DNA from: Octopus vulgaris
Taxonomy: Eukaryota
Assembly (NCBI GenBank): GCA_951406725.2
Contig: OX597824.1
Span: 76,694,001-76,758,000 of the forward strand
DNA length: 64,000 nt
Direction of reading: 5' to 3'
Shown here: positions 23,832 through 38,332 of the stretch, piece by piece
Layout: each line of letters starts with the position of its first letter
How positions within the stretch are numbered: the first letter of the stretch is position 1
Program-made: the position numbers and the translations under genes
The notes under the pieces: generated by a model
Databases searched by the model: none
Told to the model about the DNA's origin: nothing
The model's input: the letters and a program-made list of their open reading frames with translations, nothing else

Positions 23832-26546
23832 TCATTTATATGTAAGATAAGTATGACGCCGCCAATGGGGACACCGAAAAGCCGTCTGTAAAAGCCCGTT
23901 TACCAAACGGCCTCTGGCGAACAATATGTGGAAAAGCTCAGAGTTACAAAGATTACACCACCTTCTGCCCCTATCAAACGGGAGGGTCACCGACAAATCG
24001 ACCATTCCAGCCTAAAAACTGAATTCGCGTTCTTCAAACGCCAGATAAGTTTGCTAAGTCCTGTAGCTTGGTATTTATTAACGTCGCGAAAAGTTGCGAA
24101 ATGGTTCGATATTCTCAAGGCCAATTTTGACGATGAGGCCCCGACATACGAGTAGACATCTGAATCCGTGTAAACATTGCCATTGGTAAATGGCATTTCT
24201 GATCTTGGAGTTACTAGACACGAACCTTATTCTATTGGGATTAGCTTCTGATATTAATACTGCGTTTCCGTTACTATATTGACTGTGAGAACTGCGGCCG
24301 CCTACTACATTATACTCCTCATTATCACAATTAAGTAACGGACTATCCCCTGTGTATTCCCTATCTGTGAGAACGCTGTAATTGCTAGTATCCGCGGACC
24401 TGCTATTGCCGGAAACGATGCTAAAGTTGCTATTAGGACTCTCTACATTAATGACCCGAACTGCGCTCACCTCTCTATTACCATTACTAACGTTATTAAC
24501 ATCACCATTTCTTCTATCGCTAATCCTATTATTTACTCCCTGGTTGGTACTGAGATTACCAGTCACTGTACTGGCTCTTTTATCATTATTACTACTATTA
24601 TTAATTCCTACTGCGCGTTAAACTGGAATTAGACGGAGCTGCGCCTCCGGACAATGGTGGTAGGGTCTTAATAAGCAGCCTATTATTATGGGAGGCGATT
24701 ATCTGGGAAAGGTTTTTTGTGTTGGAGAAAGCTATCCTAACTTTATGTGAATTAACCGTGGAGTAATATTTGGAATTTCTGGGGAAGTTACTGGCAATGG
24801 CTTGGCGAAACAGGAGGGGAAGATTAGTTCTAATCTGCTTACCAAAGGGAATTACAAACCAGATATGTTTATTCCTATTTTTGTGATGGGTCGGGTAGCC
24901 AGCTCTGACATTAGGGTGGGTGATTCTAGGTTGAATAAAAGGTTTTGGTTTAGTATGACCTCCCCCGGACCGTAAATTATCTATGTTCCCTAAATTAAAT
25001 CCAGAAGTACCTGCTCCAACACTCCCCCCGCTCCCATCACTACTTAAATTATTTATGTTATTATAGACAGCCCTATCCTGATGACCGAATGGTGGCATCG
25101 GAAGGGCTGGATCAATATATACTACCTTCTACCTATAACCGGCTTTGGATAGTGCGGCGTTATAAAATTCCGCTTTCTGCATAAAGATGTCGACACTAGC
25201 GGACAAGTTAGACAATCTTAGAGAGATGTTTTTAACCAAATTGTCTGTTACAGTTTTGGCATGATTGGAGAAGACACTGACATACTTTAAATTAGTGGAA
25301 GGCTTATGGTAAGGGCAGTATGAATCGCTATGGAGGTTTAGTGTGACGTCTAGGAAATTAGCCTTAGTGAGTTCATTATCAAAAACTATATTCATGCCCA
25401 TTCTATTAAAGAACCTAGCTAACCTATTTTTAGTTTTCTGTACGATTCTGTTCGTGGTGTTTTGCAGGTAAAACAGACAATCGTCACGATACAGGCCGCC
25501 CGCGATGTCCGGGAATTGGTCGGATAATTCGTAGAGAATATAGATTCCGACCAAATCAGCTATCTGCGCGCTATCCGAACTACCCATAGGCACATCGAAT
25601 TCGTTGGGAGTATCTTTACGAATCCACAACTTATTTTCAAACTTTATAAATGATTTTCTGGCAACTAAAATAATATCAATTTCTTCTCTAGTGAGGCCTG
25701 CCTTGTTGTGAGCATGCCACAGGACCTTATTTAGTACACTAGGGTTAATCGAGGGGTAGAAGCTGGCGATATCAAACTGAATAAACCTAGTACGGTTCTT
25801 ATTAGGGATGGAAGAGAACCACTTCACGACCTGCGAGGAGTTAGCCCAGAGGCTAAGCTTCAGCTTATTTACTAAACTAGGGATATATTTATCTAAAATA
25901 TACTTACTGATGGTCCCGATATCGGAACTAGCAGGGCATATGAGTCTTAACGCTGGGTTGGTGTAGAAATTCGGTTTGTGGTCCTTCACCATGAATCTAG
26001 GTTGTTTAGGGCTAAGCGGCTGCGTTCTCATTTGAATTCCGTATTTAAACATTATTTCCTTAATCTCCAAGTTTACTTTTCTCAGTGTGTTCCAATTAGT
26101 TGTTCTATAATTCTTCTTGATCTCTTTTCCGAGTAAATCTAGGTACTGTCTAACGGGTAACTTATATGTGTTCCTTGTCTTGTCAGACTGGACCAAGATT
26201 CCATCCGACCTATTAATATCCTTGGTAATTTTATCTAGGTATCTGAGGTGATCATTTCTCCTGGGTGACTTCCTGAACTTAATCTTCCTTACGATGTCCC
26301 ACATGTCGTCCTCAAACTTCTTCAGTCTTGGGTTAGGTGGCGGTGTATCCATCGACTTAAAAAGCCCACAATATTCGGACGATGCTGCTGCCCGGTTCAA
26401 TTTTAGATCCTCGTTCTCGTGAAGAAAACAAGCCATCTAATCCGGTTTATGAAAGCGTTAGTTTTGCAAACCAATTCCTTAAGGAAGGCATCCTTCGGTG
26501 GTATAGGAATATCCTTAAGGGACGCATCAATCTCGAACAACTCCAT
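23832..26546 (-). pseudogene. PLE (Naiad-like) reverse transcriptase plus GIY-YIG endonuclease polyprotein, about 904 aa when reconstructed
   Basis: ATG at 26546 gives MELFEIDASLKDIPIP...FINRIRW. RT motifs are FIQFDIASFYPSI, FDVPMGSSDSAQIADLVG, GLYRDD and NFLDVTLNL. These are followed by KHIWF...IASHN, then endonuclease AIYQCNV...YVGAS...RISNH...LSKLIWRLK...WSI and a C-terminal CNLC...CPH, with TGA at 23832-23834. Lesions are 1-nt frameshifts near 26424, 24603, 24180 and 23990 and an in-frame TAG at 25129-25131. Confidence 0.9.
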
Positions 26547-26580
26547 TATCGGTATCGGTTAATGTAGCAGTTTCTTGGCG

Positions 26581-26658
<78 letters not shown>

Positions 26659-27317
26659 ATGTATAAATGTATGTATATGTATATATTCCTACTGTCAGTG
26701 AATGGCTGAGGGATCACCGTGATATGTTTACGAAGTGATGTCTATATTTCAATACATAACGAAAGTTAAACGCCATGGAATGGCAGCTGAAAGTTCATGC
26801 CTAAATAACTACTAGAGAAGACACCTAAAACAGCTGGTGAACTTCATTCGCAGTCGATACCAAAGCTGTAACTGCAAAGAAGATCACCCAATGCAAGTTA
26901 GATCTCCCTGGTGACAGTTAATCTGTATGTAGAAACTTTACTTCTTTTTTTTTTCTCTCTCAATTTCTGAAATAGTAATGATGTATGGGGAAAGAAGAAA
27001 AAAAGAAATGTAATGGAAAACACACATTCCCTGACTGTTTCCTAGTTGTAATTATATTCAATCTCGTATAAGAAATATCTCACTTCGTAATATGTTGAAT
27101 TTAATTTAATTTACTTGCCTCGGGTTATGTCATGCTGACGATTTCAAATGAGAATGAAACGACGCGTGTACTTGATTACTTATCTCTGAGTAGAAACTCT
27201 GATATTTGTAATATGTATGGAAAAAATTAAGTGTATATGTATAGATATATATATATTCTATGCAACTTCTTCCTTGCATGTATGTATGTTTTAGATACAT
27301 ATATACATAAAACATAC

Positions 27318-27381
<64 letters not shown>

Positions 27382-27510
27382 TATGCAACTTCTTTAAGTT
27401 TTAGATACATATATACATAAAACATACATACATGCATACATAAATATATATATGTATATATATATAACACACACACATATATGCACATACAGACGCACAC
27501 ACACAAACAC

Positions 27511-27544
<34 letters not shown>

Positions 27545-27866
27545 ATGTGTGTGTATGTGCACATATGTGTGCATATATGTGTGTGTGTGAATAATATATA
27601 TATATATATATGTGTCTGTGTTTTGGTGTACTTGTAGATGGTCATATTTTGCCAGATAAACACGCACTATATATGATCTTCATTTTCAGCTTTATTTATC
27701 GTTATTTTAGTAAAAGATATTTCGTCAAACATTCTGTAACCTGTTCAACGACATTTTATCTCTTCATTCATGTGTCTCCTCTTTAATTTGCAAAATATAA
27801 CAATCTCCAAGAATAACAATCGCCAAAATGGACTCTGCGGAATTTGAACTCAGGACATGCGTATAC

Positions 27867-27935
<69 letters not shown>

Positions 27936-28497
27936 CTTACATATATATACATATATATATATATATAAATAGATGAGTGTATTTTACCTTGTTAACAATT
28001 AACACGGATAAATGAATGAATAGTTACCAGGGCAGCAAAAATCTCAGAAGTACTTTTGAATAAGTATCAGTGGAATTTTTGAAACATATGTAAAAAGTAA
28101 AAATACTTGTTTAAACCTGCGTTAACTCCATTTTTTATTCATATATATATATATATATATATATACACGCTAGAAGGAACATCGCAAGGGAGTCCTGTGG
28201 TGGAGACCTCTTAGTGTGTTTAAATGTACACTGTATTTTATATTGATAATATATGGTCTATTGAATAATTTTTTATACGCTAGGCCACTGGTAATAAATA
28301 TTTCTAAAATCTTTATTACCCTGGTATTATTAAATACATATATATATAATTCGAAAAACGTGTAGTAAATAAACGAACGGACATATACTAAATACACAGG
28401 CGAACAAAAATACAGGTCACCAACTTCTCATCAGTTATCGACCAGAGGGACGAACGCAATTTCACCACTGTCGATAATATTAGACAGACAGACAGAC

Positions 28498-28562
<65 letters not shown>

Positions 28563-29061
28563 TCCATCTACTAGATGGCTGGTTACCTATGTCCCTTTCA
28601 CTGTCGCTCTTGCCATTGTAAGGATTATTTGTCTTCGTGCGTTTATTGTGTCTGTGACTTTTTCATAGAAGTGTGCTGGAAATTATGTATCCATACACAC
28701 ACATGCACATACACCATATCTCTCTCTGTCTCTCTCTTTGTCTCTCTTTCTCTGCCTGTCTGTCTGTTTCTCTCTCTCTCTCTCTCTCTCTCTTTCTACG
28801 TGCCTCTCCCTTTCTTTCAATACCGTACTTTTTAGTCGGAGGATTATCTGAAACAATGAGCAAGGGAAAGAAAAAGAAAGAAAAGGTAGATGATGAGGGG
28901 AAGGGAGGAGGAGGAGGAAGAGGAGATCGTGATACCAAGTTGTGCTTATAATCTATAAGGCAAAAGAGAATTTGCTTGAAGGACCACCGTGAGATAATGC
29001 TTAAAGTAATCCACCAAACAAGGATTATGCTATTGTAATCCCGAACGAGAGTACAATGCTA

Positions 29062-29150
29062 AACGAGCGGAAAAAGCCGAACGACCGGAAAATACTTAAC
29101 GAGCGGAGAATGCCGAACGAGCGGAGAATGCCGAACGAGCGGAGTATACG
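29062..29150 (+). repeat. 18-bp minisatellite (aacgagcggagaatgccg, about 5 units)
   Basis: Contiguous, partly diverged tandem units with no spacers. Confidence 0.8.
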
Positions 29151-30093
29151 AAGGAAAATGAAGTAAATTAACCTTGTAAATTAACCAGTTACTACAAAAT
29201 AGATTCAAATGAAAGCCTTTACCACCACCAGGCCTACAAAATCCAAAAAAGTGTCTATGTATAAATAAGCTTAGTTGATGTGATCAGTGGAGAAATTACT
29301 CTTAATATTTCGGCTAAGGTAAGGTGACGAGCTGACAGAATCGTTAACATTTCGAGCGAAATGCTCAGCGTCATTTCGTCCGTTTTTACGTTCTGAGTTC
29401 AAAGCTAGCGGAGGTAGATTTTTGCCTTTCGCCCTTTCGAGGTCGATAAAATCAGTACCAGTTGAGCACTGGGGTCGATATAATCGACTTACTTTCTCCC
29501 AGAAATTGCTAGTCTTGTTCCAACATTTTAAACTGATATTTGGGTTATGGTAATTCTTTAAAGCCGATGGCGGCGAGCTGGCGGAATTTTTGGCGCGTCG
29601 TACAAAATGCTTAACGGCATTTATTTCGTCTCTTACCATTGTAATTTCAAATACCGTTGAGGTTAGCTTTGTCATTCATCCTTTGTAATCGATAAAATAT
29701 GGTATCAATCAAGTAGTGAAATGGAAGTAGTGAAATAGATGTCAAATTTTGACGGATATGGTCAGTATTTGTGAAGGACATGATGAATTGGTTGGTCGGA
29801 GCCGGCTCAACCCGTGCTGGGCGAATGCCGCCGCAAGGACAAATAAGACTTACCCAAGTGGAGAACTATTTAAGGAAGATGTTGAGAAACAAACAGGATG
29901 ATATCTTTATTCCCTTATCTAAAAAGATTGAAATACACATTTCCACTGAGGTGCCGTATTCTTTCTCAATAGATATATTCAAGCACACATTGTGTAGTGC
30001 AGCAAACTAGAGCCAGAGATGAAGGATCCCGTCACGAGTCCTTGCATTCTGGTCTTCCACACATACTCTTTCAGCACTGTAACTTTTCATAGG

Positions 30094-30135
30094 GCAGTCC
30101 GCTCTAATGTGGCCTTTTTGGTCACATTTATAGCA
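30094..30135 (-). pseudogene. Gag/ORF1-like CCHC zinc knuckle in a retroelement remnant (about 29740-30150)
   Basis: Minus-strand frame not in the ORF track reads PRCYKCDQKGHIRADCPMK (CX2CX4HX4C). Confidence 0.7.
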
Positions 30136-30311
30136 ACGAGGGATCCATCAGGTTAAAGTCTAAAAACAAAAAGTCAAAATTTTATTTTTATATATCATTC
30201 ATAATTTTTAAACCTTGGTATCATTCGAACTCACAATAATAATAATTGTTTGTATTGCCCTGTTTTGTCCCCTCTATGTTTGATAATATTTATCGTAATA
30301 AAAAATTCACC

Positions 30312-30596
30312 TCAAGCCGAACAATTATTCTCTGCTGATGAAGGGAAATAACCCGGAAATCGCGATACACAGATATTGTTTTGAGCTGAGTGGGGGTGAT
30401 AGATTCCCTTGTTCGAAAATATAAGGACACAGATCGTGTCGTATAGCCAGCTGGAGACGATGTCTCCTGGGGCTAAATTACAGCAACATTCGTCCTAAAC
30501 GAAGACTGCCATGTTATGTTGGCAAATAATCTTTTCTCAAAAGTACTGTTGCTGAATGTCTCACGTTGTGATATTTACAAATAGTAATTTTCTAAC
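30312..30596 (+). mobile_element. Second copy of the 11519-11956 retrozyme/pLTR-like family, circularly permuted
   Basis: Aligns by eye to the reverse complement of 11519-11745 and directly to 11872-11956. Confidence 0.72.
30329..30373 (+). ncRNA. Type I hammerhead ribozyme
   Basis: ucucug-CUGAUGA-aggg aaauaa cccg-GAAA-ucgcga-UA-cacaga; palindromic stem III AUCGCGAU. Confidence 0.82.
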
Positions 30597-31143
30597 AATA
30601 TTGTATTCGACAGCAAATTGCTTCACGCAGTCGCATGATCTGAAAAAAATTAGTAGCTAAATATTCCCTAAGTTCACACTTTATCTCCTTCGAAAACAGA
30701 AAAGATATATTGAATAATGCCGTGTTAACACTTGCAATATCTTTGACCATAGGGTGCCTACCGGAACAAAAAATAACCTACAACAAATTTCCTCATCTAT
30801 ACAAAAGTGAAGCCGTAAAAAATATGGCTTCTCAGACTGAGTGGATGTAAGATTCCGTTGTCTTCCTTATTATTTCCCTCTTATCAGCTTTATCCTGAAG
30901 AAAACATGTTGCTGAAGCATTGGATACACCAGTCTCCGCAAAAATATTACCGTATTCTTTCTGCTGATTTTCCCAGGTTTTGTTTTTCCGGTCAGTAATA
31001 GAAAAAAAAGACATGAAGGATTTAAATTCACGACTTCCAAGATATTACCCAAGCATTATAACTACTCCTTCATTCCGATCCTTCTGGTTTGTTCTCGTGC
31101 ATTGGTTTGCAGTCAGAAGAAACGCATTCTGGGAGGTACTAGT

Positions 31144-31482
31144 TTCTTCTTCTTCTTCTTCTTCTTCTTCTTCTTCTTCTACTTCTTCTTCTTAATCTTC
31201 TTCTACTTCTTCTTCTTTTTCCTCTTTCATTTTTCTTCTTCTTCTTCTTCTTCTTCTTCTTCTTCTTCTTCTTCATCTTCTTCTTCTTCTTCTTCTTCTT
31301 CTTCTTCTCCTTCCTCTTCTTCTTCCTCTTCCATTTTTTTTCTTCTTCTTCTTCTCCTTCCTCTTCCATTTTCCTTCTTCTTCTTCTTCTTCTTCTTCTT
31401 CTTCTTCCTCTTCCATTTTTCTTCTTCTTCTTCTTCTTCTTCTTCCCCTTCCTCCTCTTGTTGTTGTTGTTGTTGCTGTTGC

Positions 31483-31513
<31 letters not shown>

Positions 31514-31590
31514 CTTCTTCTTCTTCTTCTTCTTCTTCTTCTTCTTCTTCTTCTTCGTCGTCGTCGTCGTCATCATAAACTTCTTCGTCT
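31144..31590. repeat. Compound (CTT)n/(GTT)n/(GTC)n tract
   Basis: Seen directly. Confidence 0.92.
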
Positions 31591-31831
31591 TCTCTTTCAC
31601 CTCCTTTCAATCGTTCCCTTTCCATCGCCCTCCTTTCTCCTCTTATTTTAATCTTCACCTTTCTTTTCCATTTTCTCTTCGTGACTGCTCTGAAGGAGAT
31701 ATACAAGCAGAAAGTAACAATGCAAGAAAAGAAAGAAATTAAGAAGAGAAATTACAAAACAAAGACATATGAAAAAACGAGGGAAATAGCACAATTAAAA
31801 AACGAGTAAAAAATAAGACGAAGTAAATGAC

Positions 31832-31956
<125 letters not shown>

Positions 31957-32085
31957 TGTATATATATTCCTATATATATATGCATATATATATATATATT
32001 TATGTGGTTGTGCATATAGATAAATGACCCATATATGTACCTATATATATAGGTATATGTGTATATGTATATGTATATATATATG

Positions 32086-32130
<45 letters not shown>

Positions 32131-32197
32131 ATATATATATATGTGAATACACATACATATATACATACATACATACATACATACATACATACATACA

Positions 32198-32228
<31 letters not shown>

Positions 32229-32569
32229 GTACATACATACACATATACATACACATCGTAAATCGACAAAGTTCCTAGGCAATAACTCTCAAAACAGAAT
32301 AAATTACGGAGAAAAGATGACCTACAAGGACACAAAAGTGTAATATTTCCAGTAAACAGAGAACTTTAGAGACTTAGGCATTGAAGGAACCAAGTGACAT
32401 ATATTTAGATAATGTTTTGATTATATTTACTCATGCTTCAAGAAACTTGACCATAAAAACATTTAACTATGCCAACATGCATAGAGTTTCCCTATAATAT
32501 ATCTAAGAAGGATATATATCTGTCAGTATATATGTATAGGCACACACGCATGCGCACACACACATACAT

Positions 32570-33830
<1,261 letters not shown>

Positions 33831-34787
33831 CGATTTAACTGCGGCCGTGCTGGGGCACCGGCTTAAAGTGTTTTAGTTAAAAAAATTGACCCTAGGACTT
33901 ATTATCTTTCTTAAATCTCGTACTTATTCTATGGTTCATTTTTGCCGAACTGCTAAGTTACGGGGCGCAAACACAGCAACACTGGTTGTCAAGCGGTGGT
34001 GGACGACAAACAAACACAGGCACACACACACACACGCACGCACATACATGATGGGCTTCTTTCAGTTTCCGTCTACCAAATTCACTCACAAGGCTTCAGT
34101 CAGCCCGAGGCTATAGTAGAAAACGTGCAACCTTGCTGTTGAGAAGCAGGCCTCTTATCACACTGTCCGTATGAGTATTCTACACGCACACACAGATTGT
34201 TGATATCGTAAGGAATTATAAACTTTGGGGACAATGTGTAATAATTCTGTTCTTGAATACCATATTTCGAACCAGACGCTAAACTATAAACAGTAACATT
34301 TAAACAAGGAGATGAAAAACACTTTTGCAATTATAACATTTTAAAAAAAATCGCCGGTTAAAATACTCGATCTTTCGATGGATGGAAGCACTCCGTCGGT
34401 TCCGACGACGAGGGTTCCGGTTGATCCGATCAACGGAACAGCCTGCTCGTGAAATTAACGTGTAAGTGACTGAGCACTCCACAGACACGTGTACCCTTAA
34501 CGTAGTTCTCGGGGATATTCAGCATGACACAGAGAGTGACAAGGCCGGCCCTTTGAAATACAGGTACAACAGAAACAGGAAGAAAGAGTGAGAGAAAGTG
34601 AAAGAGTACAGCAGGGATCACCACCATCCCCTGCCGGAGCCTCGTGGATCTTTAGGTGTTTTCGCTCAATAAACAACTCGATCTTTAACCAACTGCTTTC
34701 TCACACGAGAAAGCAGTTGGATCAAGTTGTCGCTGAACTGTCATAGAGTATGAATGGGTTTTTGTAAATCTGTAAAGAAAGGTTGGG

Positions 34788-34860
34788 TGACCGGATGCGA
34801 AAGTAAGTGACGTCACGAAGGGACCGGAAGGGGGACGACACAACGTCACGTCAGGAAGCA
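34788..34860. promoter_or_regulatory. Candidate CpG-rich promoter motif cluster (CRE plus ETS-type sites)
   Basis: CCGGATG at 34791, GTGACGTCAC at 34807-34816, ACCGGAAG at 34823 and CACGTCAGGAAG at 34847, all in unique sequence. Confidence 0.4.
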
Positions 34861-35443
34861 ACAGCTTGAAGACGCTCTTTTTCTTACGGGGTCCTGCATC
34901 AAGGGCAAGTTGTGTGCTGGTCGTAGTGTAATAGACCTTGCTGGTGACCGGTTGGGTGAGCTTACACGTTTTTTACAAATGTGAAGTCTGGCTGGGTTTC
35001 CAGTCACCTGACGATTGGAGGGACTGTCGCCGATTGCACCTCGAGGTATGAGCAACTTTATTTCGTGCCTTGCAACAAAAACCTGTGTCGCTTTAGATTA
35101 GTTTACTGCATTCTGATAATTGCTGCCGCTGAAGATCCGCTCCTATATTTTGTGTAGCTGTCGGATAATGAAGTTGATAAAATTATTCCTGTTTCTTTGC
35201 CATTTATTTAAGTTCATATTACGCTCTGTACTCGCCTTACACTTTATTCTAAAGCACGTGTATATATTTGAATTTCTAACAAGTTTTGGACTGCTACGCC
35301 TAAGTGAAATCGGCTGGCTAGCTAGCAAGTTAGATAGATCTTACATTTTTCCTAAGCGTCAAACTAATATACCTTGTTTGTCTTACCTTTACCTGTCTCA
35401 GTCTTTTCTGGTTTTCGATTTTGTACAATTTTCAACCACACAC

Positions 35444-35484
<41 letters not shown>

Positions 35485-37029
35485 GACGGACGGACTGGAA
35501 TCATGTTGATGCATCGCCTAGTACAGTTTTAATCGAGAAAATTGCCCCAGTGAAGGCGGTGAGCTGGCAGAAACGTTAGCACGCTGGGCGACATGCTTAC
35601 CGGTATTTCGTCTGCCGTTACGTTCTGAGTTCAAATTCCACCGAGGTCGACTCTGCCTTTCATCCTTTCGGGGTCGATAAATTTAGTACCGGTTAAGCAC
35701 TGGGGTCGATGTAATCGACTTAATCCGTTTGTCTGTCCTTGTTTGTCTCCTCTGTGTTTAGCCCTTTGTGGGGAGTAAAGAAATAAAAAAAATTGACCCC
35801 AGTACTTTTTAGCTCTTGAACTTATTGTATTGATCTCATTTGGAGAACTGCTATGTTACAGGGACATAAACAGACCAACACTGGTTGCCAAGCTGAGGTA
35901 TGGGGACAGACTCGGACAAAAAGGTACACAAGCGCGGATAACGTTACATATATATCTATGTATGCATATAGGTGAAAGTACGTGTGCCCGCACGCGCAAG
36001 TGTATACGTGTGTGTCTTTGTGACTATATTTGCCTTCATCACCGCTTGATAACCGGTCTTGGTGTGTTTACGTTCCCGTAACGTAGCAGTTTGGCAAACA
36101 AGACCGATAGAATAAGTACAAAGCTTTCATAATAAAGTGGAGGCGAGTGGCTTAATGGTTAGGGTGTCAGCACCATGATCGTAAGATTGTGGTTTCGATT
36201 CCTGGACCGGGCTACACGTTGTGTTCTTTGAGCAAAACATACATACACAGATGTACATATACACGTTGCTCCTGTCCCCTCAGCTGGCAAAAATGAGTAA
36301 TGCTGCGACGGACTGGCGTCCCACCCATCTGGGGAACACATACGCCATAGAAATCGGGAAACCGGACCCATGAGCCGGGCTAGGCTTTAAAAAGGGCGCA
36401 TTTAGTTTTATTTATTTTCATAATAAAAGCAAAAATATGGTGGGGTCAATTCGCTCAAGTAAAATTCTTCAAGGTGTCGCCCCAGCATGGCCGCAGTCTG
36501 ATGACAGAAATATACAAGAGATAACAGACAGAAGATATTGAATAACTTAAAGAAGTGTATCCTCGCTCTAAGACGTTATTTATCTACGTGTGTGAAAACA
36601 TAGTCACTGCATATGATTTGCATTATTTTATTAGTCATGTACAGTAAAATTATGAATAAAATATTTCTCATACGGCTCGACTATTTATCTGCTATCGATT
36701 TTGTAAAGGTCTAATTTATAATTTTACAAACCCGAGGCGCCCTTATATACCTCCCACGAGGCACACCGTTTGAGAAACGCCAATATAGACAGAGATATCA
36801 ATTTTCTTTAATGGACATTTTGCGGCTTGTACTCAGTATTAATTCAAAAGAGAGATATTTTCATTTTATATATTGTTAATGTATTTGTGAAAAGAAGCCT
36901 TGTGTTTTGTATCAAAAGCTATTAAATACCTAAAACAAATTCTGTTGGTTTCAACAAGACGGGCACAGACACACGCAGACACACGCAGGCACAGAGACAC
37001 ACACTCAAACACATACACACATACATGTG

Positions 37030-37061
<32 letters not shown>

Positions 37062-37190
37062 TGTATGTATGTATGTATGTATGTATGTATGTGTGTGAGT
37101 GTGTGTGTTTGTGTATACGTTCTACTCGTATACATATACCGAAATATATGCGTATATATATATCTATATGCATATACATATATATATGTA

Positions 37191-37261
<71 letters not shown>

Positions 37262-37603
37262 TCTGTATATATAAATACGTTTATATATATATGTGTGTGT
37301 TTGTAGTAGGTTGAAAAGGAAATCACGAGATGATATGTTTAAGGAAAATAAGACAAGGTAGAAAATGCTAATATAATTTCATCATGAAAAACATTTTAGT
37401 GCCGGTTTCAATCATTGCGACATTTCAAATTTTGTGTAAAGTAAGAAAAACAATTAAATTGTGGAAAAATGAAATGAAATGTTTATTTTAAAAAATATAT
37501 CCCTAATTTTCAAATACAAGGGACATTTTCCTTTCTTCTCATTATCTCTCTCTCTTTTTTACTCTAGTGGGTTCTAGGTAGTTAACAGCAAAGTAAGAGA
37601 GAG

Positions 37604-37644
<41 letters not shown>

Positions 37645-38273
37645 GCAGAAAAAAGGAAAATGTCCCTTGTATTTGAAAACTATGGAAAGATTTAAAAAAA
37701 ATTTAATTGTTTTTTATACTTTATTTCGTGCCTTACAACAACAAAATCAAGTTGTAGGTAGATAGTTGTAAGATGAGGTCAAATCATGAGAGGATATATA
37801 TATATATATATATATGAGGTCAAATCAGGAAAGTATATATATATATGTGTCCTTGAGCAAGACACTTTATTTCACGTTGCTCCAGTTCACTCAGCTGTAG
37901 AAATGAATTGCGACGTCGCGAGTGCCAAGCTGTATCGGCCCCTTTGCCTTTCCCTTGGATAACACTGGTGGCGTGGAGAGGGGAGGCCGGTATGCATGGG
38001 CGACTGCTGGTCTTCCATAAACAACCATGCCCAGACTTGTGACTGACTAGGTGCAATCCCATGGGTAACTTTCTATAGGGTGCAAAAAAAATCCCATGGT
38101 CAGTGTCCTGACCATTTTTAAAGGGGCCATAATAGGCCATTCACCCACTCCCAAAGCTTCAACCGCAAATAAAAGTTAATTCAGTAAACCAGGAGAAAAT
38201 TTAAAAAAATTTAAAAAATTTAAAAATTTAAAATTTAAATTTTTTAAATTTTTTTATTTTCTCTGGATTTACC

Positions 38274-38332
<59 letters not shown>

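Larger units (their letters stand above)
22888..26583 (-). mobile_element. Penelope-like retroelement, Naiad-type, near full length, inserted in (TA)n
   Basis: Flanked by TA repeats on both sides (about 22868-22887 and 26584-26646). Contains one reconstructable RT/GIY-YIG frame followed by about 950 nt of 3' region with a hammerhead ribozyme. Confidence 0.88.

Noticed and set aside
23987-23989. In-frame TGA in the Naiad endonuclease as a selenocysteine codon
   Set aside because: Reading through it loses homology. The CNLC...CPH tail is in another frame, so a 1-nt deletion explains it. The other internal stop is TAG.
26702-26776. CUGAGGG...GAAA with flanking atggc/gccat as a hammerhead
   Set aside because: The core and stem register do not fit the consensus.
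29062-29150. CRISPR-like repeat
   Set aside because: Contiguous 18-bp units with no spacers, in a eukaryotic context with no cas genes.
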